A stretch of DNA of 58,654 nucleotides, filler included, from Porpidia crustulata (GCA_964255105.1; 4 parts of 4 records of this genome joined end to end with filler, not necessarily neighbours in it); one strand, 5' to 3'; positions 1-11,691 are shown, numbered from the whole stretch's first letter. Numbers and translations are program-made. Notes: a model not told the origin generated them from the letters alone.

Positions 1-612
1 ATGCTCCCTCTAAAGCGGCCCTGCTCCCTTCCCCGATCCAGAACGGCAATCCTCAATCCTAAGTTCGGGGTGTATATAATATATGTATAGTATCCTCAAG
101 TTTAAGTATCGTCGCAGTGATCTCGCGCTAATGCTTGCCTAATTATCGTGCTATTGCATTTCATGCAAAACAGTTATTGAATTCTAGAGTTTTATTTTTG
201 TATGTGTATAGCCTATGTGAATACATTAAACCTAATTAATTTTGCTTAGTCGTCTTATAAAAATCCCTAGGAGGTATATGATCTTTTGCTTGTCGGAATG
301 AGCTTTATAGACCAATAAAGATTTCAAGTAAAGATACTGCATCGCTTCAACCGACTGCAAGTCTACAAACGATTAGATACATGGAGATTCCTTATAAGAG
401 TTGCCCTGGTCGTGCTGCTGCATGTGAGAAGCTTTCGACGCATGCCGCAACGGTGAAATGTTTTACTTCGATGTATGGGGTTGTACTAAATCATGAGCTT
501 TATGCCAGCATCTCATCTTACTCAACTGTTATTAAAAGATGGAAGAAAAGACAAAACAAGTAAAGGCATTAAGAACCCGCCTCAAAATTTCGGCCCTTAA
601 ATAAAATTAGAT

Positions 613-2780
613 CTATGGCGACTGTTCACTAGAAGACGCATATCGGTGAACCGCCCCTCTAGATTGATGTGCTGCATTAAGCCTTTTCGGAGATCGACTC
701 CTTGTCCTCGAATAATCCCATCTGCTTCGAGACGATGGCGTCCTGATTGGCCTTACGCGCACGGAACGATCTGACTGCCGTCCAGTCGTAGGATACATCT
801 CTGGCTGCGATTGCTGAACAGTCTGAGAAGCTCCAAAGTTTTGATTGTCTGCTGACGGGAGCTCATAAAAACCGTACGGTGGCTGCGGTTGCTGTTCTAT
901 CTGAGGGGCAATTGAAAGTGAACTACTTTCTGGCAGAAAGATGTTATCAATGGATAATGATTGCTGAAACTGATTTGCTGACTGAGGAACTCCCGGGTAT
1001 GGATTGCCTGCTGAAAGGTATAAATGATTATTTATTGGCGATGGCGGCGGTTCCCGGGCTGCTTGCGAAGGATCAGCGTACGGAATACCGCTCGACAGAT
1101 GTATATTGCTGAAAACCAGGCTGGCGTCGTGTATTGATGTCTGTGGCTTTGAAAGACTCTGAGATATTCCTTGATATGTCCATTCTGGGAACGGGTCGCC
1201 AACGGTTTGTTGAAGCTGCGATTGTTGTGGCATTTGGATATGTCCCGCGGGCGATGAAGCTCCATTGAAGGGCAGTCCAGGTTGATCATCCGAAAGAACG
1301 CAAAATGATTGATATCCAGGAATGCTTGCGGGGATCAAGTCATTTGCCGAGCAATTGGATTTCGTGTTCGTGTCGGACGTTCGGGAATTTAGTCTAGAGA
1401 GAATGTCCGTCTTTTATGAATCGATGTGTTCAAGTGCAAGATGGGAATCCCCACTAAGGTTTTTCAGGCCCGTCTTGATCATCTCTCGGTAGTAATCGCG
1501 TGCTCAGTCGGCCATATGATCAACAATGAGAAGAAGCTGCAGGGCCTTGTTTTCATCTGTTAGGTCTCCCTCCCAAAATCGCACAATTTTCTAAATTTCT
1601 TTAGCTTGGCTTTGTTTACGTTTAGATATGGAAATAGTACGCACGACTGGATACGGGATTTGTTTCGATTTCAGTCTGTCATCCGGAATTGCGATTTCAT
1701 CATCTAGAACTTGAAATGTAGATGCAAATTCGCAACTTTTGTCCAGATAGGCCAAATGCAGCTTCCAGTGCTGGCCGCGATAAGCATAGAACCATACCAT
1801 TGGTTCAAATTCTAATAGATGGCCATTAGCTGCATTGGCCGATAAAAGCCTCCGCTGGACACTAAGCATGGTATAGATTGGAAAGACAGTTTGAAAGTAC
1901 GTATAATCCCAAGCGTCTCCGTCTTCTTTTTTGGCTTCCGCAACCATGAAGGGAAATATCATATTGTCATCTTTTACAGGCTGATCCTGAAGCTGAGCCA
2001 TGACCGATGGATTTTCCATGTATTTGCTGAATCGATGTTGTTGGAGGCCGGCGATATAATCTGGCTCCAGGTCCTTGTCGATTGCAGACCGCAGTCGAGG
2101 TGGATGGATGATTCTGGGTTCGATACTATCTTTTATGATAATTTCCATTGTGTGGTCCAAGTCACTGTCAATAATTAGGTATATTCACATCTCGACAAGT
2201 AGGTCTAATACATACTAGTCATCCGACTTGTCTTCTTCAGTGCATTTGCAACATTCTCGCATTTCTTGGCGCTGCTGTAGTTCTCCATCATCTGGCGGGA
2301 ATGGAGAGTCGAATAAGGCTTTCCATACCCGTTTCGAGCAAGTTTTACTGTTATGCTTAATCTCCCATCCTCAGATATAAATAACGTCAAGAAGATTTAC
2401 CAGGTGATGCTTACCTCCAAGCTTTCGAAGATAGGAATCTCGGTTTTGAATCTCCACGTACTCTCTTTCGCTGCACTTGAAGTACTGACTTTCGATCGGT
2501 CTAACTTCAAGTTCATTGCTTTAGAGGCGATTTTTTTCGCTCTTTTCGTATTTGCCTTCCGTTGAGTAATGGATATGATTTCCTGCTCATCTGCAGTATC
2601 GTATTCCTTGGATTCCGAGTCTCCGATATCATGTAGAAAAATTATCGTTTGGTCAATGACCGATATGGTATGAAGTTGCTGAGCAAGACTCACGGACCGC
2701 TGAGAGTTCTCGACAAACTCAATATGAAGTTGCTGAGCAAGACTCTCAAAATGCTTCTTCTCATTTGCCGTGAGCCCCAT
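613..2780 (-). pseudogene. Spliced fungal PD-(D/E)xK nuclease-like protein with a disordered Q/S/P-rich C-terminus, carrying two in-frame stops
   Basis: ORFs 2397-2780, 1591-2160 and 613-1338 join through GT-AG introns plus an extra exon (KTCSKRVWKALFDSPFPP...). Motif EPDYIAGL...FPFMVAEAKK is PD...ExK-like. The last exon reads LQLLLIVDHMAD*ARDYYR with TGA at 1504-1506 and TAA at 1414-1416, both in the frame of ORF 613-1338. Confidence 0.65.
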
Positions 2781-5700
2781 CTTGGAAGACGTGAAGGGCT
2801 AGCAGAAAAAGAAAACCTGGATGATCTTAATTCTATGGCTTAGGCAATGGTGGAGAATTAAGGAGAATTGCTGCGCTATATTAGAAGCAAATATGCTCCA
2901 AGACAGCTGGTCCCATTTCTCCCTGGTAGCGCTCCTGACAACTTCCGGCACGGCAAAGAAATTTCAATTTGGGAATTGAAAAAACAGTTTCAGATATGCA
3001 GAATTAGTCAACGAAATCGTCAATTTTTCATTCAGCTCTTGCTATTTTGGTCCTCTCTTAACGACTGCCTTGCACCTTCTTGCACAGCCCCCTTAGTCTG
3101 TCACATTAAGCATTAGGATAAGAGCGTGAAGCGACAAATTTTCCGAATCTCTCTGACTGCCTTATAAGCTGCGATTCCTGTTTGGTTCCTTTTTGGGGCT
3201 GAGGGCGCCACCCTTGGTGACTAGGGACTACACTTGAGGGCAACAGAAAAATCGGCGATGTTAATACCACAAATACCGTAAGGGGACGCTTTAATCGAGA
3301 GCAAAGGGAGACGGGAAGGGGCAATCGAATTGTCCCACTGTGGGGTACAGCTGAGGGGCTTTTTGTTGTTAGCCCAAGTCGCGGCATATACCCCCGCTTT
3401 GTAAGGCTGAGTGCTGCGGCGATCACACTGTGAAAGGCGAGAAAAGCGAGATGGCTGCCCGCATTTACGCCCGGTACCACCAGGTATTTACACAAAGCCA
3501 TTAACAATGCATGGTTGGGCTACACTGCAGTATACATTCTTCAGGGAACTTGAATTCTGGCTGACGAACGTGCTTCTTTCTAAGCACGATAGATCAGGAA
3601 GAAAACGAGTTGGGGGGAGCAACTTCCACACCCGCCGCAAGCGTGCCTTGTATCCTCCAGAAACAGCTCGCGCACTCATTCACGAATTGCTGCATTTGGG
3701 TTGTTATGAACGGTAGGAGCCTGGTTCTCTCTTCTCAACAGAGGGCTCACTGAATGTAGGCGGTTCGACGAGCCTCACCTATACGATGAAGATCACAAAG
3801 CTTACGGGACTCGACTCGTTTGGTTGCTCGCTCAAGACCAAGGCTGGCAGTTGGACGACGGATACAATCGCTTCGCAGCTATCAGCGCTGACAATGGAGC
3901 ACGGCTCTTGACAGGTGTGCTCTCTAAACCTGATCCCGAATAGCTTGGCTATTCGGGTCACATAATGAAGGATACTACTTAGATCGGCAATTCGAAGCAC
4001 AATATCTAATAGCGTTCCCCAAAAGCAGGCAAGCAAGACGCTTCGGTCAAAATCGGGATCCTATTGAGATCTAGATTAAGATCTAGATTGATGAATATCG
4101 TACCCTTAAAAAGTTCCGGTGCTCAGTTGTCTTCGAACTCGTGTTGCGTGTGGCGTATGAGGTGAGAGAGATGCATAAGCGTCGAGAGACTTTCAGCCTC
4201 GTCTGTTTTCTGGCTCGTAGAAAGCTTTTCAGTGTGCAGGAAAAGAGCTATATTGTGGCACAGTATGAGTCCAAGGATTGGAACCATCTTCAGCTGATTT
4301 AAAGGACCTAAGGGGCGTAAGCATGGGAACGCCACTCCAAAATGAAACAAACAGCCAAGGATGTACCGATATGGACGTTTTCTGAGAGTCTGGGGTTGGG
4401 GGATGGTATCTGATCGAGAGACTGTCACAACGAGACTGAACACTTTTCGATAATGGGTGGTCTCCTTGCGTAAGGTAACCCTGTACAAAAAAGCTAGTGA
4501 GCAATAGCAGACATTTTGACCGGGAGCGATGGGTAAGTGGGGCGCTCCCCAAACCTCCGTCTTCGAATGACTGCACTACCATTCACGTGATACGTAGACT
4601 TTCCTACCACGAGGCTGACGTGAGAGTAAGGGTTTAACTTGTCATTCAACGCGGAGTTATGTTCTGGTGGCTGCGGCACGCGCTCAATGCTATCAAGGAC
4701 CTGATATTATTCACGACCCTCCTCATCAGTATAATCCAAATTTTGCTTGATCATCTATTTTTACACGTGGCAATAGTTTCAATTAGAATAATGATAAGCC
4801 AGCTCGGCGCTCGGGGACTTTTAAACACTCTACCGATCAAACGTCTAGGACAACGATAAAGCTGAGTATTCTGGCTGCTAGCAACGAGGCAGGCACACTT
4901 TCCCGCGAGCGTGCGAGGGTATGTGCTTCAGCTCGTTAGGGCACAGCTAGCGCGCGGTTTCATCGCTTCTCGACGGGGGAGATAGGTGTATTATCCCAAT
5001 GTGTAAGTGTTGCCGTTCTATAAAATGGGCACACAATCCGATATCAGCTATAAGTTAAATCCAAACTGATCGGTTCATTCCCCCCTTTAGCCACCTTAAT
5101 ATTAATGTGGAGGCGAAGTGCAGCTGACAGCATCCATCACTAAACACATATCTTTTCAATTACAGTACCTTCCTGTCCTCCAATATGCATGTCCTCGTCA
5201 AAATCAATGGCCATATCCGATCTCATACCACTAATCTAAGCAGAACCTGAATTTTTCGTGCTTCAAGCATCTTGGCTCCCGTATCCCCACCTACTAGACG
5301 AATATTACAGTCTCTGCCACGTTAGATATTACCAAGGACTGTAACCTTCATTTGCTCTGCACCTCGCCTAAATTGTGTGACTGTTCCTCTGCCTCGCTTT
5401 AACTACCTCGCCCATGCCAGGACAACCATCTGCCTTCAGAGGCTGCACTGTGAAGAGATCCTCATTGTTACTGTTTCAGCGCTATGGTTCACGATGTCTA
5501 GTATATCGCACGTTCCTAAATCCATTATATACCCTTTAGCCTTAGATCGCGGTCTCTTTATAAAGACCGCTTGCGCAGATGCCCTATTTTCGGCTGATCA
5601 GACCGGTTCATTGACTCTGAGGCCAAGTGGTAAAAGTTGGAAATTGTGCATTTGAAGTTTGTTTGACCATAAGGGGGCATACTCTACAGTATATAGTAGG

Positions 5701-5843
5701 CCCATTAAGCTCCCACTTAGGCTTCCTGAGGCGGGGTTTCCAACCGGTTCCATACGAGAGAGCGCGTCAGCAGAAAATCTGCTACCCACAGAACCACTGC
5801 CTTCACTCATTGATCGATAAAAGATAAGCTCGATTAATACATA

Positions 5844-5955
5844 CTCATTCCCACCCCCAAACGATCCGCGCTAGTTAAGATTAGTCAATATAACCCTAAC
5901 CCTACGCTATAGCCCTAACCCTAGGTAGGGCGGACCGTTTGGGGGTGGGAACGAG
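5844..5955. mobile_element. 112-bp MITE-like fold-back element with 26-bp TIRs, TA flanks and internal telomere-like CCCTAA units
   Basis: Left ctcattcccacccccaaacgatccgc (5844-5869) vs reverse complement of right (5930-5955) ctcgttcccacccccaaacggtccgc: 2 transition mismatches. TA at 5842-5843 and 5956-5957. Spacer contains taaccctaacccta and ccctaaccctag. Confidence 0.75.
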
Positions 5956-6203
5956 TACTATTTTCTCCCTCGCTTCAATCGCGTCCGATCTTTTTGACTC
6001 AATCAGACGTCTTTTTAAACATCAGCTGTGCTTTCGAACAAGCTGCAGAGTTTTTGACTGACTAGTATATCGTTTTTCGAGTCTTTCTGATACTTTAAGA
6101 AGGGGAGGAGCGTGAATCTATGGAAGTTCATTTTAGGTGTTAGGGTCATTAAACGCAACGTGGTTCAAAAGAGGCTGGTTCGGAGGAATCTTGTAGTAAC
6201 TAT

Positions 6204-6410
6204 CTATGGATCACTTACTTTATCGACACTTTCGATGACAGCCTTGATGCGCGGATTGATTATTTCAACTCTCTTCAGACAACACTGTATCAACTCTCTG
6301 AATGTAAAAGATTCCTCATTCAAGTGATTCTGTAATTGTGTTATCGAGAGCTCTTCAATCTTTACTCCGCGGCATCGCGGCATCTGAATCCATGACTTAG
6401 AGAAGCTCAT
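6204..6410 (-). pseudogene. N-terminal fragment of an amidase-signature family enzyme
   Basis: MPRCRGVKIEELSITQLQNHLNEESFTFRELIQCCLKRVEIINPRIKAVIE resembles the N-terminus of fungal amidases. No catalytic region follows; the downstream DNA is AT-rich. Confidence 0.6.
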
Positions 6411-7024
6411 GATCGCTAGGAACGAAGGGATTGTTCGATATGTAGAATGCTGAATCTTATAAGTGAGAGTGATAGCTGATCTTTCATATATTCTGGAACT
6501 TGCATCGTCTCTGAAAGACAATCTTTTTCGATCACGAAGTACTTGAAGACGATGAAGACACAGCAGTTATATCTTGATGTTTCCGTATTATACAGCCGTT
6601 GACGATACAGGAACATGCAGGTGTTGCGGTATTGTCATAATCGTTTTAGATACTTCCCACAGTAGATAAGGTACCTTCAAACACAGTATAGTAAAGTGGC
6701 GCTCACCCTAAATTGGGAGGGTCGTGGCTCGGATAGATAATCCACCCGTGGGAACTTGATTAATTACTCATTCTAAGCAGCGCAAATCGATTGGTGATTC
6801 TGCACGTCTTCAAAGAATCATTATGATGTCATGCATGTTAAATTAAATAAGTCTAGCATGTGGCTATTAAACCGCCCTGGTCGTAACAGCGAGATTGATG
6901 ATAAAAACCCACCCACTACTCACGATAAACGATAGGGCAGAAGTTCCAAACAGCCCAGATCACACATATCACGAGGTATCCCTATCACGAGAATTTAAAA
7001 ATCCGAGATTCTCTGCTTCCTTTG

Positions 7025-10000
7025 CTAAGCACCGCTAAAGACCAAAAGACTTTGAATATTGATCGTGCCAAACCCACGTCGGCCCAATAGTTCTCGGCCA
7101 CGGTGAACTGGGAATTCGGCTACGATCATAATGCTGACATTCTCGGCGCCGATGCCAGCTTCATCTAATAGCTGTAACACCACACAAAGCGTCTCCCCCG
7201 TGGAAAGCACATCATCCACCACCACCACTGAGGCGCCCTTGGGACTACATCCCGCTCCATCTCGATCCGCTCCTCTTTCGAATTCTTGGATGCAAAAGAT
7301 GACATATGCGACAGGGGCTTGAGCACAGAAACGGTAGGTGGGGGTAGCTTGCCAGCTTCACGAATCAGCACCAAGGGCATTTCGACCCGCAAGGCCAACG
7401 CCGACGCATAGACAAAGCCGCCGACCTCGCAACACGCCACCGCATTGACTCTGGCCCAGTCACCGGTGAAGTGGCTTTGCAGCAGGTGCGTGCACAGAGC
7501 CAGCCCACCCGGCTGCTGGGAGATGCCGAGCACGTGGCGGAAGTCGATACTCGGGCGTGGGAAGTTGGGTGTGTGGCGCACCATATTGGCCAGTCGCTGC
7601 AGGTCCTCGTCGACGAAGGGCAGCAGGTATAGCTCGGTAAACCTTTTTGCCGCCTCGTTTCCGGTCGTGTTATTGTCGCAGATAAGACTAAGGCGGTAGT
7701 CCAAGGCCGTCAAACTCGACCCGCGGTTGTTGCTGTCCTTGCCGTCGTCACCATCGCTATCACCGCCGTGGCAACCTCGGCGACTTCGCCGCGTCTGTTC
7801 ACTGGCCTGGATCTGAACCTCGAGTAGCCTGCTGTCTGGCACCAAATGCGACAAGGCTGCGACCGGTGCCTCGTCTCTCATCCCAGTGATTAGCAGCACG
7901 TCCACATCTACGGCACCGTACACCACATTCAGAAAGTATTCCTCTGGCAGCCGAGGTCGTTGCCGCACCTGTCCCTGGAAAAATGCCGTCAACGCTGGCC
8001 GGTGTTGCTCCTTGTAGGCACGGTCCCAAAGAAGGCGGCTCAGGTTGGCACCGGTGACCACCGCATATTCTTGCTTGATCGCATCGCTAATGCTGACTGC
8101 ACGCGCCGTGAGGCTTTTGTGGGTGCATCTGATGAACACGGAGACCCAGACGTCAGCACAATAGTCCTTGCCGGCGCAGCTCTTGCCCGTGACAAGAATG
8201 GTAAGCTTCTGTTCTATAGGTGCTTTCGGGAGCGGGCAGGCGTAAGCCAGCACATTACCCGGGTCCAAGCTTTATTTGAGACGGACTAGGCGCGGCCGGT
8301 TCGGTCCAAAAGCCTTGGCCGCCAGCGGGGCGTCTCTAGGGTCCGGCCCTAGGTCGGCGCCGTAAGCTCCAACACACAAGGACAACAAATCCCCAGTGAC
8401 GTTGTACACCCACTGCACGCCAGATCGTGCGGCTTCGGTGCCATCTTGATCGCGGGGCCAGACGCTGGTTATCACGCAGGCAAAGTCCCAGTCTCGACAA
8501 CCAAAAGCAGTGACATGGGCTGCAACGTCACCGACCGCTCCGCCACCTTGCAGCAGATGGAGATAGCAGAGTGGCGAGGGACGAGTCTCAACGGTCGCCA
8601 CCAAACGGTCGGCGACGTTCGCGTCTCCGATACTTTTTAAGAATAAACATCGCTTGAACGAGGAGGTCTTGCCGCCGCCGTGCCCGCCGTGCATCCTAGA
8701 CACGTACATCTCGGTCTCGAACAAACTGACACCGTCCACGGCTTTGAAATCAACTTCCGGCCCCCAAATTGCATCTACAGGCGTGGGTGTGGGTGTTGCA
8801 AAGGTGGACCTAGTCGTGAAAGATTCTAACATGGTCATGCCAAGGTGTAGCTGGCCGGCTTCCCAATACAGATACGCGTCTGCAGAACAGTTCCGGTGGA
8901 GCTTCCTGGTAACGAGTTGATCAAAGTCACTGAGCCTGAGCCGCGCCTCGAGGTTGTCACTCAGCGAAACAATCCAATTTCGAGTCAAGTAGGTCGGAGC
9001 CGCGTAAGACTTGAAAGTCAAGCTGATCACGATGCCGAAGTTGGCCCCGGCGCCTTCATCGCCCACAACAGCTCGGATTCGTTTTCTGGGCGAACGGCAC
9101 CGACCGGTCGGTGTTGACTTGGTACACAGCCAACGTACAGGACCTGACTGGAGACGACGCTGACCATAACAGCACCAACAATGGCGTCGCACGTAAGCCC
9201 GTGCAACCTAGCCAGGTGCCCAATGCCGCCTTGTAGCCACAGCCCCGCACCTACGCTTGGGCGCGCCCCTAGGGGCACTGTTACGCCCGCCGCCATGGTC
9301 TTGCGGACGATATCCCCCGTCTTGCAGCCGGCCTCGGCGACGACCAAGGAACTGGATTCGGAACCAGAATCTCCTTCATCTATCTCCGCCGTGAGAATGT
9401 GTACTTGGTCAAAGGCGCCCATGTCGACCGAGACAACGTTGGACCAGAGACTGTGGCCGCTGTGACCCCCGCCGATAACGGCCAGGCCGACCCCGTGCTT
9501 CAGAGCCCATCGAACGCACTGCTGGACGTGTTGGACCTCTGTTGGTCTAATAATTGAGGCGGGGCGGTGAAGGCGAGCTTGCCGGTTTTAACCGTCTTGT
9601 CCCCCTTCAACCATGGCACCTGTGCCGTCAGCTCCGGCAACGCGGTCGCATATTGGGTGAAGGCCGCCATGACGTTGGACGAGCTGAACAAGAGTTGGCT
9701 TGGGTCATCTTTCTCGCGACGGCCCAAGGCGCGGCACACCTTACGCCAGTCGACTCGGATAGTTTTGTCCAGGTTCACATCCTGCATGATAAATCCCGCG
9801 ATGAAAGGAGCAAAACAGTCCAGTACTTCATCATCATTTGCCACTCTAATGACTCCAGTAGGGAAAGAAGCTGTTCGATGGCACACCAAGCCGTCAAGGT
9901 GCAGAGCTCCGTCGCGATGGAAAACCGCCACCATTCCGCCTTGTGGCCACTCAACAAGCATTTCCAGCGCCCGTTCGATGAATCTGTGTTTGGGCTTCAT

Positions 10001-10507
10001 GCCGTACATGCTGTGGCAGAATAGGATAATGTCGTATTTTTCGTCGTTTTCCCTCGTATCGGTACTGGTACCGCTCCCCATGTTGTGCTGCAGAACGAAT
10101 GGAATTGGATGGACGGTGGGCGGGTTTTCCAGACAAGGCAGCGGGGACTCCGTACCGGAGGTAGAGCAAAGCCATTCTTCCAACCTCGTAGCAAACAAGC
10201 CATTAGGCTCGAATGCAGTGTAGCTCTTGATCTTGCGTCTTAAACGGCCGGGAAGATATCCAAGTAGACTCTTCGGGCCGGGTCCGATTTCTAGTGCGGA
10301 GATATGGATACGCGAGTTGAAGAGAGGTGCTAGCAGCTGTGATAGTTGGGGGATAATGAAGTCTTGATATGTCATCCATCCTGAGCGCCGCACCAAGATA
10401 TCGAAGCCGGCGCTGTACTGTGCATCGAACAACGGCTGCTTCGGAGACGACGCTGCTGCCTTGGCTTTCTGCCTGAGGGCCTGCTTTAGTGACTCGAGAG
10501 TGGCCAT
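7025..10507 (-). pseudogene. Intronless multidomain fusion: SAM methyltransferase-like / FAD-binding oxidase (PCMH + BBE) / animal-type phosphomevalonate-kinase-like / adenine phosphoribosyltransferase-like; disrupted in this assembly
   Basis: Motifs: ALEIGPGP and KYDIILFCHSMY (class I MTase); IGGGHS, GLWLQGGIGHLARLHGL, GAGANFGIV and LK*SLDPGNVL (FAD oxidase/BBE); VTGKSCAGKD, ISDAIKQEYA and YKEQHR (PMVK-like P-loop kinase); PNFPRPSIDF, IREAGKLP and VVVVDDVLSTGET (type I PRTase). Lesions: -1 shifts at about 9586-9589, 9053-9054 and 7236-7238; in-frame TAA at 8272-8274. Confidence 0.85.
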
Positions 10508-10845
10508 GTCGGTTCGGCATTGCTGTGTAAGTATCTCGGACCAGTGATGGCGACGATGGTTGATATGGGCATATAGCCTCATTCACAGCTTGAAAGGATT
10601 CACTCGCTACAGTACCACCATCGAGCCCTCATCACTTAAACGGAGTCACTTTCGTGCGCAAATTCATGAAAGGTCGCCGCGCGGATGGATACCTACATTA
10701 CGAGTAGTGTGGAATATATTCGTGCCTGACTTAGGTAATGCGAAAGCGGCCGCCTGATTTGCGATCCTCGAGAAGCTTTCTATCCATCTTATCCGCCTTT
10801 AAATTCTCTCTAATTTTCAAGATTCTCGTACCACGATCTTCCGGA

Positions 10846-11691
10846 ATGGGGGAAGCTATCGTGCGGAGTTGGTCCGCAACTCGCACAAGCGTCAAGTGTC
10901 CCTACCAATGCAGCGCCAAATACCACAACTTCGAAACCATACCAATCGCTCTGCATTCTCGTAAATACGGATTATGCCAGACCGGGAACAATTTCCGCCC
11001 AATTTTGCTGGTATTTCCCAGTACAAATCATGAACTGGCCAAGGGCGTAACGCATGAATTTGACCGTGATCGACAGGAATGGCGCGCGGTTGGCGTGAAG
11101 GAGGATAATGAGAAGCCATCGAAGGATCTGAACGCTCTCGTCCAAGTCTTCGGCGGTATGACCCTCGCTTCACGGTCTCCGCGCCCTTCTTCGCAGTGGG
11201 AGACAGAGCCTTTTCGGCATTCCCAGCTGTACTCTTCGCTCCTCAAGCGAGCTCAGATGCACAACAACTATGATGGGCATGACAGGACAATTGGATGCCT
11301 CTCTACCGCGGTCCCTCATATCCACCCATCTTTGCTGTGAGTGGTCGGAAGGATAGCGCGCTCACTGGCCGAGATGGAACTGTGACACGCTCGCGGTGAA
11401 CAAAGGCGATGGAGCTTGCTCGGCTCGTTCTGCACGAGCTTCGTCCACGTAAAAGGGGACAGCTCGCTCCAACTTGGGTCCTACCACGCCTGCCACGTTG
11501 AAAAGCAGCTTCTGGCATTCCTTATCTGGAACCACTCTACAGCTCTCGAGGACGTTGAATGCCCTGAGGAAGTGAAGGGTTGGGAGATAAGGCCCTGGCT
11601 AAAGCTCAAATACCGTATCTATATCTTCAAGCTAGGTGACGAGGCTACGATGTGCGAAGCCTGCCTAGATTTTTTGGCGGGACGTAAGTGA
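10846..11691 (+). pseudogene. Zn-dependent cytidine-deaminase-fold protein (SsdA/DYW-like fungal family), disrupted
   Basis: HACHVEKQL (HxE, HVE at 11494-11502) and MCEACLDF (CxxC, from 11650); N-terminal CPYQC...H. The linker TIGCLYRGPSYPPIFAVSG is recovered only after a frameshift at about 11300. In-frame TGA at 11397-11399 and a second shift at about 11455-11458. Confidence 0.7.

Noticed and set aside
4068..4092. Short tandem duplication gatctagatt x2
   Set aside because: Too short to support a footprint or function.
5891..5923. CCCTAA repeats as a chromosome end
   Set aside because: Only a few interrupted units, internal to a contig and enclosed by inverted repeats.
9554..10223. Plus-strand ORFs of 156 and 218 aa
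   Set aside because: Antisense shadows of the methyltransferase part of the fusion gene.
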